Shown one piece after another: positions 1 to 13,300 of a stretch of 64,000 nucleotides of DNA; positions within the stretch are counted from its first letter, which is position 1, and the number at the start of each line of letters is the position of its first letter. The stretch is from Microbotryum violaceum (Eukaryota): positions 1,488,001-1,552,000 of the forward strand of contig CDLV01000005.1 of NCBI GenBank assembly GCA_001244265.2, read 5' to 3'. The translations under genes were made by a program, and so were the position numbers. The notes under the pieces are model-generated. The model did no database searches and was not told the DNA's origin. It was given only the letters and a program-made list of their open reading frames with translations.

Positions 1-314
1 TTAGTGTATTTTTTTAGTTTCCCTTTTCAGTAATCGGTCTCATTTGCGTTGGTATGGACCTGGTAGTGATGTTGTTTCCAGACTCCATAATGCCAGTTCT
101 CTAATTGAAGACCTTCTCTCTTACAGCTTCGTGAGAGTTAAAAGTGTTAATCGACTAGGTGTGATCGGAATTATTGGACCGAGTCGAAGTGAAGCAGGCG
201 GGATTGCGTCACTCGGTATCAGTTTCCTCCATCCTCCTCTCTTGACTCTCATTTCATAAAACCCCGTCGGGGCGCTCCCTCCCCCCTAGCTTCCCCCTAG
301 CTTCTCCACTAGCA

Positions 315-1729
315 ATGACTCCCTCCTTGGAAGACGAAGAAGATATCGATTTCGACGACCCACGATTCTTAATCGATCCCGCACCCTCCTCCTCTTCCTC
401 CTTCGAATTAACCTACGCCGATCGTCGAAGAAAAATGATAGGAAGGGGAAGGGAGAAAGCTCGGGCTTCGAGTTTCGAGCAGAGTAAGGTTGGGAGAGCG
501 GAGAGGGAGAGGGAGGTGAGGGAGGAAGGGTTGAGGAGGAATTTGATTAGGGAGGAGGTGGAGAGGGAGCCGGGGCAGGAGGGGAGAAGTGGGAAGGGAA
601 GGGGGAATGTTGGGTTGAGAATGATGAAGTACGTTTCAGGACGTCAGCGGATCGGAGGGCGGTGGGAAAGCGGGTGGAATATACAAAGAAGTAGGTGAAA
701 ACAGTCGCTGATGATCGTTTTTTGCGTGATAGGAATATGGGCTTCGAACCAGGGCAAGCCTTGGGTAAGAAACGAACGGTCGCTCAAGCCGAGTTGGAGA
801 CGGATGCGTCACGTGCCTCCTCGGGATCGCGGTCGGGATTGGGCGAGGATGATCGACCGAAAGGATTGGGATTTCGAAATGAAGCTGGCACGGCGAATAC
901 GGGGACCGGTGAAACGACGGGGCTAGGACAGAAGGGTGGGCATCAGCCGAGGCTGGAACCGATTGCGTTCGAGATTCGGCAGAGTGAGTGTGAAGAAGAT
1001 CTTTCTCTCTCTTCCGACCTTGAACATGCTTCACCTAATTCGTTCGCTGAAAATTCTTGACGAAACGATCCATAAAAAGAACGAACCGGCCTCGGTATAC
1101 CCCAACCCAGTACACGACCAAACTTCTCCTTCCTCAACCTCAAGAACGGCTCCTCCACAATCGATCCCCGCCCATTGGAAAACGTCGACTCGTACCTCGC
1201 CAACGTCAAAGCCACCCTCGACTCGCGAAAAGCATTCGGTTATTTACGATCCTTGAGAAGGACACTGGAGACATTGGATAGAGGTGCTGGAGTGGAGGAT
1301 TCGGTCATGTGGAAGGATCCCGACGAGGGGGAGTGGGATGTGGACGAGGGCTCGGCTTTGGCGAAGAAGAGGATCTTGGGAAGGGAGAAGGTTTGGGCTT
1401 TGGGCGATCGGGGGGAAGAGGAGGAACGAGGGGAGGTCGGTCGCACGAAAGATGGTGGATCTTTGGGGTATGCGAGAGGACTCAATAATGTGGTCGTGGA
1501 GCTGGAGGAAGACGAAGAAGCGGGGCAAGGGGAAAAACCTGACCCTGCGGCAGTGGAAGAAGCCCGTGAACGAGCAGAGTGGATGGCACTGGATACTCGC
1601 ACACGACTGGCGTATACACTTTCGTACCTTAGGAGGGAGTATCAGTATTGCTTTTGGTGTGGGTGTAGGTATGAGGGGAAAGAGGATCTGGAGGCGAATT
1701 GTCCGGGGGAGAATGAGGAGGATCATTGA
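315..1729 (+). CDS. GPATCH11: G-patch domain protein with C-terminal DUF4187-type Zn motif (GPATCH11/CCDC75-like); exons about 315-628, 733-983, 1080-1729
   Basis: Splicing GTACGT..TAG (629-732) and GTGAGT..AAG (984-1079) joins NVGLRMMKNMGFEPGQALGK...LEPIAFEIRQKRTGLG (G-patch) to TLSYLRREYQYCFWCGCRYEGKEDLEANCPG. Confidence 0.85.
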
Positions 1730-1870
1730 ATTTGTTTTCCTTCTAGCGATGGTTAGGATCCGTGTTGTATAATTTACATGCATCGCTTCAATCGCAGATG
1801 TACATCCTGCTATTCGTCTGTTTCGAGACTTCCATCCAACGCTCTCGGCCAAAGTTCGATAGGCAGCACT

Positions 1871-3496
1871 TCAAGAATCTTGCTTCCTCAATGTGACGTC
1901 CGAGTACACGTCAAAGCGACGTTGTACGGTGACCTAAGAATTGGTCGGGAAATGATGTCAGCAGGCATAGTTGCTGCCATGCCCAAATGGCTAACTCACC
2001 GGGATCCCTGCTCGAGCCTTATTGATGACGTCCATATCTGAGACCAGGCGAAGGCTTTAGCCAAGACGAAGCCTCACGATAACATAAAGTCACCCCATTA
2101 CTGACCAATGTCGGCAAACAAGATTCCTTCCTTCTCCTCCATCTGCGCCACGATCTTGCCCCTACGAAGCGAAAAATTCGTTAGCGAAACGTCAATCACC
2201 AACAGCGAAGGGACTTGCATTGGATCCGTGACACCCGAGTAGCCCCATGCTTTGTATCCATCTCCATCGGTCGCTCGTGCAGGGGAGCACATTACGATGT
2301 AGAATTGGTTGTCGACGGCTCTGGTCGAGGCGAGAACAAGGTCCGTGATCAGCATGGATTGGTTTTGCAGACGTCTGGGGGCTAAGTAACTGACCTTGCG
2401 CGCTGGAGAAGATCCCAGTGCAAAGGTCCTGTTGTGCAGTTAAATGCGGCGGGATAGATCATCGCCACACATCCTAAGTAGGCGATCGAGTCAGAGACAC
2501 TCAGCAGATGTTCACCCCTGAAACTGAACCTCTCTCATTCGCCTCACCTTGACGAGCCGCATGCATCGCCAACTCGGGGAACCGAAGATCATAACAGATA
2601 CCGATAGCAATCTTGCCGAACTCTGTGTCGAGAAAACCAATCAGCTCACCAGCTTGATGCAACTTTTCAGCCCCACCCGTTGCCCACCTGTCTGAACGAT
2701 CGTCACGTGATCGCCACCCGTCAACGTCTCGCTCTCTTTGAAGGTAATCCCGCCTGGGATATCGATATCGAACAAGTGGACTTTGCGATGCAGGGCGACG
2801 AGAGTACCGTCTGGGGAGAAGGTAGGAGACGAGTTGTAGATCCTGAGGTCTTCGGCAAGCTCGGGGATCGAGCCTGGAGGAAGCAAGGTTTTTGAAGTTC
2901 GCTTGAGAGTCAGCTCACTCCAAGGGATTATACTCGGCCACAGTCTTTTCCCCAATATAGTTCTCACCTCCTACGAGCCAAGCATTAGCATCCTTGGCTG
3001 CCTGACTGAGCATGCTCAGACTTTCGCTCGACGAAGTTTCGGCCTGCTCCGAGGATGGCTTCGAAGGGTCGAAGGCGATCCGTTCGGCGTACTGCCGGAA
3101 CGAGCCTGTTGCGTATGGACTATTGAAAATCTCCTGCGAAAGAACTCGAGTCGGTCAGTTGAATTGATCGCCACTTGCCTTCCGTCCAACGGATACCTTG
3201 GCTTAGGTGGGGCGCTTCACTTTGAACCCTGTGTAACGTACAGGAAGCACAATCATGTCCGGTTTCCTCCCCTCTCTTCCACCTTTGACAGCTTCAGAGA
3301 TCTTGACCCTCGCTCGTTCCAAATTAGCCGTCTTGTCGGGTCCTACACCGCCCAATTGGATCAGCGCGATACGGAACGACTTGCCCTTAATAGGCGGGGC
3401 GGCCATGGAGGCGATAGTACGGGGTAGGGATAAGTGAGAGTGAAAAACAGATACAATAGGCAGCTTTCGTGTGGCTCGACTGAGGTGTGCGAGCAT
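1871..3496 (-). CDS. NIT3: Carbon-nitrogen hydrolase, omega-amidase (Nit2/Nit3 family), multi-exon
   Basis: Exons read [45 protein letters not shown] (catalytic Cys), [13 protein letters not shown] and QRRFDVY. Stop at 1871-1873; in-frame ATGs at 3496 and 3406. Confidence 0.9.
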
Positions 3497-3887
3497 GCAG
3501 GTGGTGAGAGCGGAGAGTCCGGAAGGGAGTGCAGTGGTTGGAATGACGAGCCAGGAAGGGCGAGCTACTAATAAGTTGACTCCGCTCGACGCTGCGCCCC
3601 GGAACTTTGCCGAATTAGTGCCGAATCTCGTCGAATGAAAGGGCCGAGTACTAGTTATCGAGACTGCCACTGTTGACTTGAACGGGTGCGTGATTGTGTA
3701 TATGCTATTTTTTGGTATATATGATAAGAAGGACACGCTACAACAGGGTGAAAGGGGAAGTAAAGGCAAAAGCTACAAGGCGGCCGTCAAGACCAAGACG
3801 ATTCAAGATAAACTGCTACTCAAAAGGAGAACCCACTGCACCTGCCGGGGTGACCGACGAAACACCCGCTGCAAGATCCAGTCGTGT

Positions 3888-6800
3888 TCACAATTTCCGC
3901 TTACTGCTCTGACGAAGCTGCTCGATCGGTAAAGCCAAGTTGTTCGATACCGGCCCGCCTCGGATCAAATCCTCGACAAAGTTGGCGTTGAAAGTCGGCA
4001 AACCCAACAGCCGATGCTCGAGCGCTTCGTCAGCCACGTCTTCTCCGGCTTCCTCATCGAAATCGGTCGTATCGCCATAATCGCTCGTATGACTGTGGAT
4101 CGATTCCCGCCGGGCCGGGTTTGTCACATCCGCCTTTCTCAATACGGTCGTGACATTGGAGAACCCTTGGTTGATATGCCCGCTCAGTGATGGCGATCCG
4201 ACCGAAACCGAAGCCGAGCCCGAGCCAGCGGTCGAGGACGAAGCGTGCTGCGTCGTTCTTGCCGCAAGATTCAACCTGGCTCGACGTTGTCGCTCGTAGC
4301 GAGCGATGCAGTCATTTTGAGCCTTGTAAAGAGAGTACGGAATCCAGTTCAGGGGCGCGTTAGCGAGATTTACGGCCGAAGGGACGACGGCCTTGAGGCA
4401 AACGAGGTAGGCATCCGCGGTCAACCCGTCAGCGCTGTAAATCGGTCCTTGGTGAGTCGTCAAGGGGATCAGAGTGGGAATGACGACGAGGCGCGGCAAG
4501 AGAAAATCCATGCAGTCGGAAGAGAAGACGCGGTCGATGAAGGGGCGCAGCATATGGACCAGCAAAGAATGGATTTGCGCCGACTCGGGCGTAAACGGTG
4601 TCGTGGATTGAACGAGCTCGAGCAACGTACGCCCTTGGAGCTGCCTCACCGTCTCAAGCATCCCATCGAGGGTCGCCAGAGGCAGCGAAGTGTGCTGTTT
4701 CCACACCCTCTCCGCACTCGATCGAACAAGCGAGGCCAGCTCAACCATCGGGAGCGAATGGTGTTGCTTCTCGTCGACGACGAGCTGTAGACCTTCTCCT
4801 GGCAACGCCTGTGCGGAGTACGTTGTGCTAGCATCCAATCAGTAATCGCTTCACCGCCGCATGTCAAACACGTGCAAATCAACGCACCTGAACGACCAAT
4901 GCCGCTCCATAGAACCGGCCGCGGGTGTATCGCCTTTGGCTCATGAAACGGGCAAAGCGATAGGCGTCACGGAAGTGGTCGTAAACTCGGTCGGTCGGCA
5001 CTGCGAACGCCGTCGCTGTCACTCGGGCCGCGGCTGCGGGTTCAACAAACGTGTAGCCCCTGGCCAGGAGCGCATCCCGCTCAGCCCTCGACCGTATCCG
5101 GCGCGTCAGCATCAACAGTTGACCTTGGGTTACGGTGAATTTGTCGCCCGAGTCGCGTGATGAGACCTCAAAGTGACCTCTACAGCAAAGAAGCGGAACG
5201 TCAGCAGAGGGAAACTCGCCCATGAGTCGAGAAGGCAACTCACGTATTGAGAATCTGATCAAACAAGACGCCGTTGGCGGACAGCTTTGGCGAGCCAACA
5301 AGCTCGGTCGCAATCTCTCGCCCCGCTACTTCGAAGCCCAATACGGCGCTGCGCATACGTTCGTATGCGTCATCGTCGAAATCACCTTCCTGACTCTCTA
5401 GATCGTAGTGCCCTTCGTCCTGATCATCAGTTTCCACGTCGACCGGCAACGAAGGACGGCCAGGCGCCGAGGCAGCTTGTGCGACAAATTCCCTTGCGCC
5501 GTAGTCTCGAGCATGAACGTCGGCTTGGCTAGAAATGGTCGAACCTCTTCGTGCATCATGGGTTGCGCCAACCTCGGAATCAACTCGTGTGACCGTTGCG
5601 AGCGATTGCTCCTTCCAGGCCCACGAGGCACGCAAGAGGGCGACAAAGGCGTGGTCGAAACGTCCGAGCTTCTTGTTGGATGACTCGAGTGACAATCGAT
5701 TCCGCAAGCCAAACCATTCAAGAACGCCCGTCGGTTTCGCCTTTTCGACCTTGGGAAACAGAGTGGAAGAAGGGAGGAGGCCGTCTGCCTCGCGCACCAA
5801 AAGGCGACCGTGGCCGTCCCAGATGGCGGTAGCGACGACGATGCGTTGACGGGCAGCCATTCGTCGGAGCAATCGCTGCTGGCTGATGACGGCAAAGACC
5901 AACAGGGAGAGACAGCATACGGGTGCAACGACCGAGACAAGGGCAACTATGGAAGCACACAGATGAGACGATGATGGGTCAATACTGAATGGAGAACCTC
6001 AGGGCAGAGACGCAGGCACGGGTGGTGGACTTACGTATCAAATTACGTGAGGTGGTCGCTGGTTTCGATGTCGAACCCTGAATGGCGTAATATTGCGTCC
6101 CGAGGAGAGCAACTGAAGAAATGCGGATTCTCTGGTGTAAGTAAATGCTGAAATTCAGGCCGAATTTCGAATAGATAGCGCCCAGCTCACCGAAATGCAT
6201 TAAGGTTGTGGCAACGGCGAGAATCATGGCGATGCCGGCACGCTTGTACCACCGATGTTCCAATTTGGGCCGGAGTACGACAAACAGCAAAAACAGTCCG
6301 ACCGAGACGGCGACCATGGCGATCAGGATGGAAAGGAATATGATATATGGGGTGTTGGTAACCCGAGGCACACTGTGAGCAACGTCGACGCCGTTCAGCC
6401 CGTCATTCCCAAGAAATTTCCAAATAGGCCGCCATGCACAAACCTATTGATAGCGAGCTGGCCGACGTAATCTACGGAACGAAAACCCTAAAGTCAAACC
6501 TTGTACTCGCAAGGCTGGGTAGAAGCATCGTCGAGAAAGACAAGAAACTCACGCATCGCGGCGATCCCACCACCACAGATACACCCCGCGCCAAGGATCT
6601 TGGCCACTCCAAGAATAGAAACTGAAGCGGGCACGACACCAAATTCTCCGCCGTCTTCCTCCTCGTCCAGATTCTTGTTGAACTGCTTCCTGGAGCATCG
6701 TCCCTTCGTCCGACCCGGTAAGGAGATGTGTGCCAGCTTAGATACGCCGTGCTTAGGGGTCGTGTCGGATGGGTGGGCTGTTTTGGCTCCACCCGGGAGC

Positions 6801-7753
6801 CCTGCGGTGACCCTCTCTGGCGGCTCGCTACGTGCCTTGTCGTCTCCTCGGGATATTTTTGATTTTGTAACCTCGAGCTCGAGCTCGGGGCTCCCGAGGA
6901 CGTACTCGTATTCTTCATCAACCTGTCCGACGTTGCTGCCATCTCGGTTCTTGCGACGACCATCGAGGCGCAGGCCGATGGAAGAGAATGCGATCACCAT
7001 CGACAGGCATGCCACGACCAGCGATAGCAAGGTGTAGCCGACATTGTACGACAGAGGTCTCGGCGGCTCGGTCGAAGGCGGAGGGTAGTGTAGTGTAACC
7101 GCTTGATTACCCACCTGTTGAGAGTGAAAGAAACGAACACAATGTAGTGGTAGCGGTCAGTACACGTCCGCACAGTGTTGTCGCGAGGAATTTGCGAGAG
7201 CGGGCCCATCTCCGACATTCGCCCAAGTGCTGCGGTGACCCCATCACCAAGTCCGTGGTGCAACTTACGAAGTGCATACCCCATGTCGCTGTGGACCCGA
7301 ATGAAACGCCTGCACCGACAAGAAGGACGGCATTCCATTTCGCAGAACCACCGGTTCGTCTCAGAAGAAGCTCCAACGTCGTCCAGGCGCCGACCACGGC
7401 AATCACGTAAGCCACGAACCTGTGAACCAGACGTGTAGGTCAGCATGATCTGCTACGAGGTGACCATGAAGGCTTGGTGTATATGAGGTCGGACGGGTTG
7501 GTTTCGGGAAGGTTCGGGTGGGTCTCGTAGTCGGCGTCACGCTCCATCGTCATTGCTCGTGGTCACCCCCGCACAGGTTAAATTGATTGCCTCCCCGCCG
7601 CGCCAGCCGAAATAGGCGGCCGTCCCCAGTCAAGCGCCGCAGCAGAGATTCCTGTATTCATCCAGAGTCCAGTTTAAGTACGCACACGTATATGCCGCTG
7701 TAGTGCGTCTCGAGTTGGACATAGTCCGGTCGAGCGGTCGCTCCCGATGTCAT
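3888..7753 (-). CDS. Fungal MHYT-domain integral membrane protein with a long cytoplasmic C-terminal region
   Basis: Exon 1 MTSGATARPDYVQLETHYSGIY(V) splices (intron 7685-7420, GTGCGT..CAG) to FVAYVIAVVGAWTTLELL. MH-type motifs in TWGMHFV and ATTLMHF, a third inferred at GIAAM where an intron interrupts; YNVGYTLLSL; several hydrophobic helices; C-terminal ORFs 5240-5902, 4879-5313, 3888-4838. Confidence 0.8.
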
Positions 7754-9154
7754 CAGGTATTGGTGGCTAGTTCAAAGCCTGCTTCGCCGTCGTGCTGCAG
7801 CAGGTCCGTCTCGTTGGTCGGTTGAGGTCGTTTCTCGCTTCGGTTCCGGTTACTGCGGGGTGGAGCGCGAGCGACGGTGATGGCAGCGAGTGGTAAGGCA
7901 CGAAGGCACAGCGCCGGTCCACGTCAGACTCGAGAGAATGAGCGCAAATTGAGTGGACGAGGTGGAAGGTGCCGTGCTCGCGATGGTCCGTCGGTGTCCG
8001 AGTGAGGTGACCAGCAAAGGCCAAATTCACAAGTGCTCCAGATGCAGGGTACAATTGGGAAGCGCGATGAAAGTGGAAGTGGAACCTTTTGAAAGTCGAG
8101 GAGGCGTAGAGCGAGCGAGTCCGGCCGAACTGAAAGGCATCATGTAGACGCGGCCCTGCTCGCTTGCTTCGCCCTGTCCCTGAGTTCAGGCCGGGTCTGG
8201 GCTCACCAGTGGCCTCAATTGGTGGATTTATCGCTGGTGCCTTGCCCGATGGACCTCCCTTTTTATTTTTACTCCCTCGTTATTACTAGTATTACTAGTG
8301 TTACTCATGCGATTCAATGAGCACCTAAAAGTCCGTACGTCTACCAGTAGTACCCAAGAACTGGACGTGCCACCTCAGCTGCCTCTTCGCAGATATGATC
8401 GGTGCCGTGCCAAGGGCAATGGTAGTGCACCCCGACCCCGACTCCCGAGTTCCTTTCAAAGTTTTTGGGGTTGACGGGCCACCACTGCCTTTCCACTACC
8501 GAGCCTTGCTCATTGAGTGCTGCAAAGAGCCCGAAGCAAAAGAGGATCGGTCGCTATTCCTGTCCGGTTCTCAACACGGCTTGATCGATTTTCTTCGAAG
8601 GACCAGAACGGATCGCCCTGTTGGGCCCCGCGGGGATGCGTGCACGTCGGAGTCCGCGGAGCGATCCCGAGGAGGAACGGTTCGTTGCAGCATATGCTCT
8701 CTGCAAAGTAGCGAGTTGATGAAAAAAGCTACCTACTGCCGGGCAGACCTTCCCAAACATTTTCGCGGGAAAACCTTGGATATGTTGCCTTACTAATTAG
8801 AGCTTCTTGCGCGCGGGATTACTTGTATTTGGATCATTTCACGACATAATTGAAACCACTCCCGATGCGGATAAATTTCTCGGCCGCCCCCGACAGCCTT
8901 CCGAGCCCGAGTCGCCACCACAGTGCGCACAGCCCTCTCTGGCTGTCCTTGAACTCTTCGACCATGCACCGACTCTTCCCACAGACAAACAGGGGAGGGG
9001 AGGGGGTATGAATGCGATACAATTGCTGCAGTAATTTTGCTAACAAACAAAATAAAAGTAGATGCGAGGAATATTGTTATGTACTGATGGCTGATAGCAG
9101 ATACCATATGGAAGGGGAAGTAGACGGTGCTGCAGAACAAGAACCACGGTGCTC

Positions 9155-10357
9155 TCATTCATCCTCGTCGGTAAAGCGGTCAAAGCGAGACCGCATGATG
9201 GGTGATCCAGAGATGGCATCGCAGCTGCAAGAGAAAGGCAAGGAAGGAGCTTCGAGGGTAAGCTAAAAGAAGTGCACGCGAGGTCGCGGTCAAAGACCGG
9301 GACCCAGAGACTGACTTGGTGAGCAGCTGGATGACGTCACTCCGCGTCCCCTGATCCCACTCCTGGTCGAACCGGATCAAGCTCGTCTCCAGTTCGCCCC
9401 CTCGATACACCAACACCGTCGGCAGAGCGTGCTCCTCGGCGTTGGCGGCGAAATCGAGATCCGTGGCGAGCGCGCGCAGGAACTTGGTCCGCGGATACGA
9501 CCGAGCGATCGACGAGAGGTGCGTATTCAGTTGCGTGCACGCCTCGATATCCTGCGGTGGCTCACAAGTGGTGGTTAATATCAATAATCCGTCGATCGGC
9601 TCAGCCATCGACAAGCAGTGGCACTCACTGGCTCGTACAAATGAACGACAACCGCGACGTCGTCGGCCTCATCCTCGACCGCGGCCACGAATTGCTCGAA
9701 CCCAATCTCCCGCAGGTGCCCAAACTTTCTCTTCTGCTTTGTCTCCTTCCTTTCCCCACTACCCATAAGCTCGGTGATCCTCTGCCGCCTGTACAGCTCC
9801 CGTGCGGCCTCGTCACCGACCAGCAAGCGCACGTCGTGCTCGCCTCCCGCAGAGTCGTGACCGTCCAAATCAAGTGAATACGCCACGGCCATCATGCGCG
9901 CCGTAGGGGACGGTGGGCGGTTGTGCAGTCCGATCTGTTGATGCGGGTGTTGCTGTTGTTGTTGCGAGCTCTTGTAGTCTTTCAAGACCCCCTTGGGTCC
10001 CGTGTTGGATGTCGCACTGACGCCAGCCTCGTTCAACGCGTGCCAGTCCGCGAGCACTCCCTTGGGGCCAGTCTGACTCGCGGCGCCGTTCGCAGCATTG
10101 CTCCGTCGAGGGGCGTGGACGGCGTTGTTCGAGCCTTGAGCCATCGAGGGGGAGGTCGGGCTCCTTGGTAATGCTCGACGGGGTGTGGTCGACGAGCTCG
10201 AGGCAGCGGACGAGCCCGAGTCGTGCCGTCGATGTTGCTGCCTCGCTGAAGTGGCCCCCGTCGATGCACCGTTACCAGCCAGCGCTGGATGAGTCCCGTC
10301 GACGAACGCCACCTCTGCGGCCACCGCATCCCCGCCAAACTGGTCGTTGATGTCCAT
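9155..10357 (-). CDS. PDCL: Phosducin-like protein, subgroup I (PhLP1/BDM-1 type G-beta-gamma co-chaperone)
   Basis: TGPKGVLADW and TGPKGVLKDY motifs; thioredoxin-like domain FGHLREIG...VVVHLYEP...LPTVLVYRGGEL; last exon ends RFTDEDE-stop at 9155. Confidence 0.88.
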
Positions 10358-13300
10358 CGTCACTGTTGGGTTGCGAGCTGGACCGCTCACTTGAAACGAT
10401 ATGCAACCCAAGAGACGAGAGAGAGAGAGCGTGCGAGGACAAAGGCGAAAGCGCGTAAGTGGGCAAGTTGGCGCACGAGCGGCCCTTGACGAGGTTGGAC
10501 CAGACTCGGACTGAGACAAACTTGAGACGGGGCCGCCAGCGGTGCGACCGATCGCGATTCGCTCTTCCGCCGCGGACGCGCGCACTTGCTCAATTGATTT
10601 TTCTTTCAGTTACGGTTAGAGACCACCGGCGTTAAGGACCAGGGCGTGACGTGTGATGTCTTGCCAACAAAGAGGTCGGCGGTGGGGCGGGATGCTGCGA
10701 AGGATTGATCGGGCCCGGCAAGTGTTCAAGTCTCGCAAGGAGAGAGAAAGAGATGGACGGATAGGCGCAGCCAGGTAGGTAGGCTGGTGCGACAATGAAA
10801 CCTGCAAGACGCACACTACTACGATAGAACGATTGGAACCGCCCTACTACTGGAAGTGATCGGAGCCCTACGGGCTCGCGCCCGCGCGCGCACCAGCCAT
10901 TCTCGGGAAATCGAGCTAACTCGCAAGGCAATTTTTCATCACTGCGAGTCCGGCCCAGGCTTCAATTGGTAGCCGGCCTCCGATGAAAAGAAGGGTTGCT
11001 TGTAGACCCCGGATTGTCATGGACCAGTCAGGGTTGCCGTATCGCATGCTCCAAACCTGAAATTCCTATAATACTAAGGTGTTGATGTGAACCTTGAGTT
11101 TGGACCGTGCGAAAATGGGACGCGCTTACTATTACCTCTTCCTTCCCCCACCTTTGCGTTCACGTCAGCTCAGCCTCGCGCCTCGGCTCCGCTCATTTCA
11201 TCTCAAATTGTCACCCATGACCTTAGAGCCCTTGCTGCAATGGGCTCGACGCCAAGGGGGCCCCACTGGCATTATATGGTCGGTGGGGTACACCCTGCCC
11301 CGTCCACCCCCACTTTGCTGGCCTTGCCTCCGAAGTTAGCCATCGCCGATTGTATTTCACTACCCTATCATCGCACGAGGAGTTCATCCTTACGACTACA
11401 AACCCTACGATCTATCGATCCCCTGATCGCATCGGATCATACAGTCTGTGGGCGCCATGACGCGATACAATCTTCATCGAAGGGACCGCAACCTCGCCTT
11501 CCCCAGACCACGTCGATGGTCGTCGTTGGGCGAGTCAGCGACTTTCCGTAGCTTCCCAGCATGGAGGCGCAGTCAGCAATAAGTTTGAACAAAGAAAACC
11601 TGGCAACGGTCGCAACGAAGAACAAGATGAGGAATTGTAACGCTTCCCAAGGACTTGAGGAAGCGGAGCGCGCGCGGCAGCTGCGGATAATTTGGATCCC
11701 GACGAATTGACCACCGAATGAGTGATTAAAGCTGGCAACGAACGGGAAACACTCAGCTTCTTAACTAGGAATACCATGCATCAACAATAGCCGTCTTTTC
11801 CTGTGATTTTCAGGCCCAGCCTCCACGAACGTCCCTCAGTGGATTTGGGCTCCCTACACTATCTGACCCGACTCTCACTGGCAGTGATGCCTTCTGTGCC
11901 CTGTGCCCTGTGCCCTGTAGCAGAAATACTGGACGACTACTCCGTCTCGGCTCACTCACGCGAGACAATTTGCACTTTAGGGTCTGCCCGCCTCCAATTT
12001 CTAGCGCAACCGCCTGCTGAATTATCGTCGTACGACACCAGGGCCGGCAGGTTTCGCGGCACCGTAAGTCGGCGACGTCGCGTTTCGGTTTGCGGATCCG
12101 AGAACGATCGGTTTCACTCGGCAGCGGTGGATGATCTTTTAATGGGCACAGCGAAGATTGTGACCAACTTACCACGTATAGCACTGTAAGTATTACTCTC
12201 AAGGCTCTACGCGAATTCCGTCATTCAGGTACCAGATGGGCAGACTTATGTCGGGATTAGACCAAAGCATCCGAGGCGAAATAAGATAAAATTGGCGCGG
12301 CGAGTGCCTGAGTACAAACCATGGTTACGAAAGCAGTACTTACGCTTTACGTACTCGCTTCAGAGAGGAGAGCCTGTTCCTAAGCAAATTGTAGCCTCGA
12401 TAATTCAGCTGAGCAAGCCAGATTGTCCACGCCTGACCTGTTCGTCGTTCGTAACGAGAGAAAGCAAGTCTCGATAGCCAAAGTTATCGTCAGTGCTGTG
12501 TTTCACAATACAGTATCTACCAATCTAAACAGGTGGGATTGTCGGTACTACCTTAGGAACGTTGTGCAAGCACCGATACATTTACGAACACGACCATTGC
12601 CGCTGCGCGGGAGAAGCCCGAGTCTGTCGGAACCACTCGACGTTCGACTCCTGTCCGCGTCGACTCGGTCGCTCTAGCGTAGACGCAAGTGCGTTCAGGC
12701 CCGCCCGCGTGTTTTCTATTGTTGTCAACGTGATCCATCTCTCCATCCATGTTGTTCGACACATCTTTCACTTCTCGCATGAATAACGCCGAGACTTCAT
12801 CTGCGACGAAGAGTCGAGACAAAGTCCTCGCTTCACCTGCGTGTGTGAAGTGCGGCTGTCTCAGTCTCATCCTGAGTCACTGAGCTTAGACATGCCTGGC
12901 GCGGCCAATTGGCCAACGGGCGGGCGGCTCGCGCCGCGCGCGAGGGTACCTGAAAACGCCGCGCCCGCCACATTGGCAACAGGTGAACAGATAGGTCATC
13001 GGACTGCTCATGTACCAAAGGAAGTCAACGTGAGAAAGACTCTATTTAGAGGCCGTCTATTCCTCGTTTGAGTAAGCATCTTTCGCGATGGAGGTCGTTC
13101 GAAAAAGTCCCAGCAGTTGTAGTGGAAGCGAAGCCAACCTCGGCTCCTTGGCAGCGGCAACTTGCTCTTCCTATCTTTTGTCTATGACACCCAATTCACG
13201 GTCCTTCAAATGGGGACACTCAAGTGCTTTTATGATCCACCGTTTCTCCACAATGACCAACGTATTATAGGTCAGCATCAATGATGGGTCGTGGGTCGTG

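Noticed and set aside
8201-8245. tRNA-like GTGGCCTCAATTGGT; a similar stretch occurs near 10955
   Set aside because: No T-arm GTTCRA or cloverleaf; at most a simple hairpin
8395-9034. ORFs between the MHYT gene and phosducin
   Set aside because: No recognisable motifs or consistent exon structure
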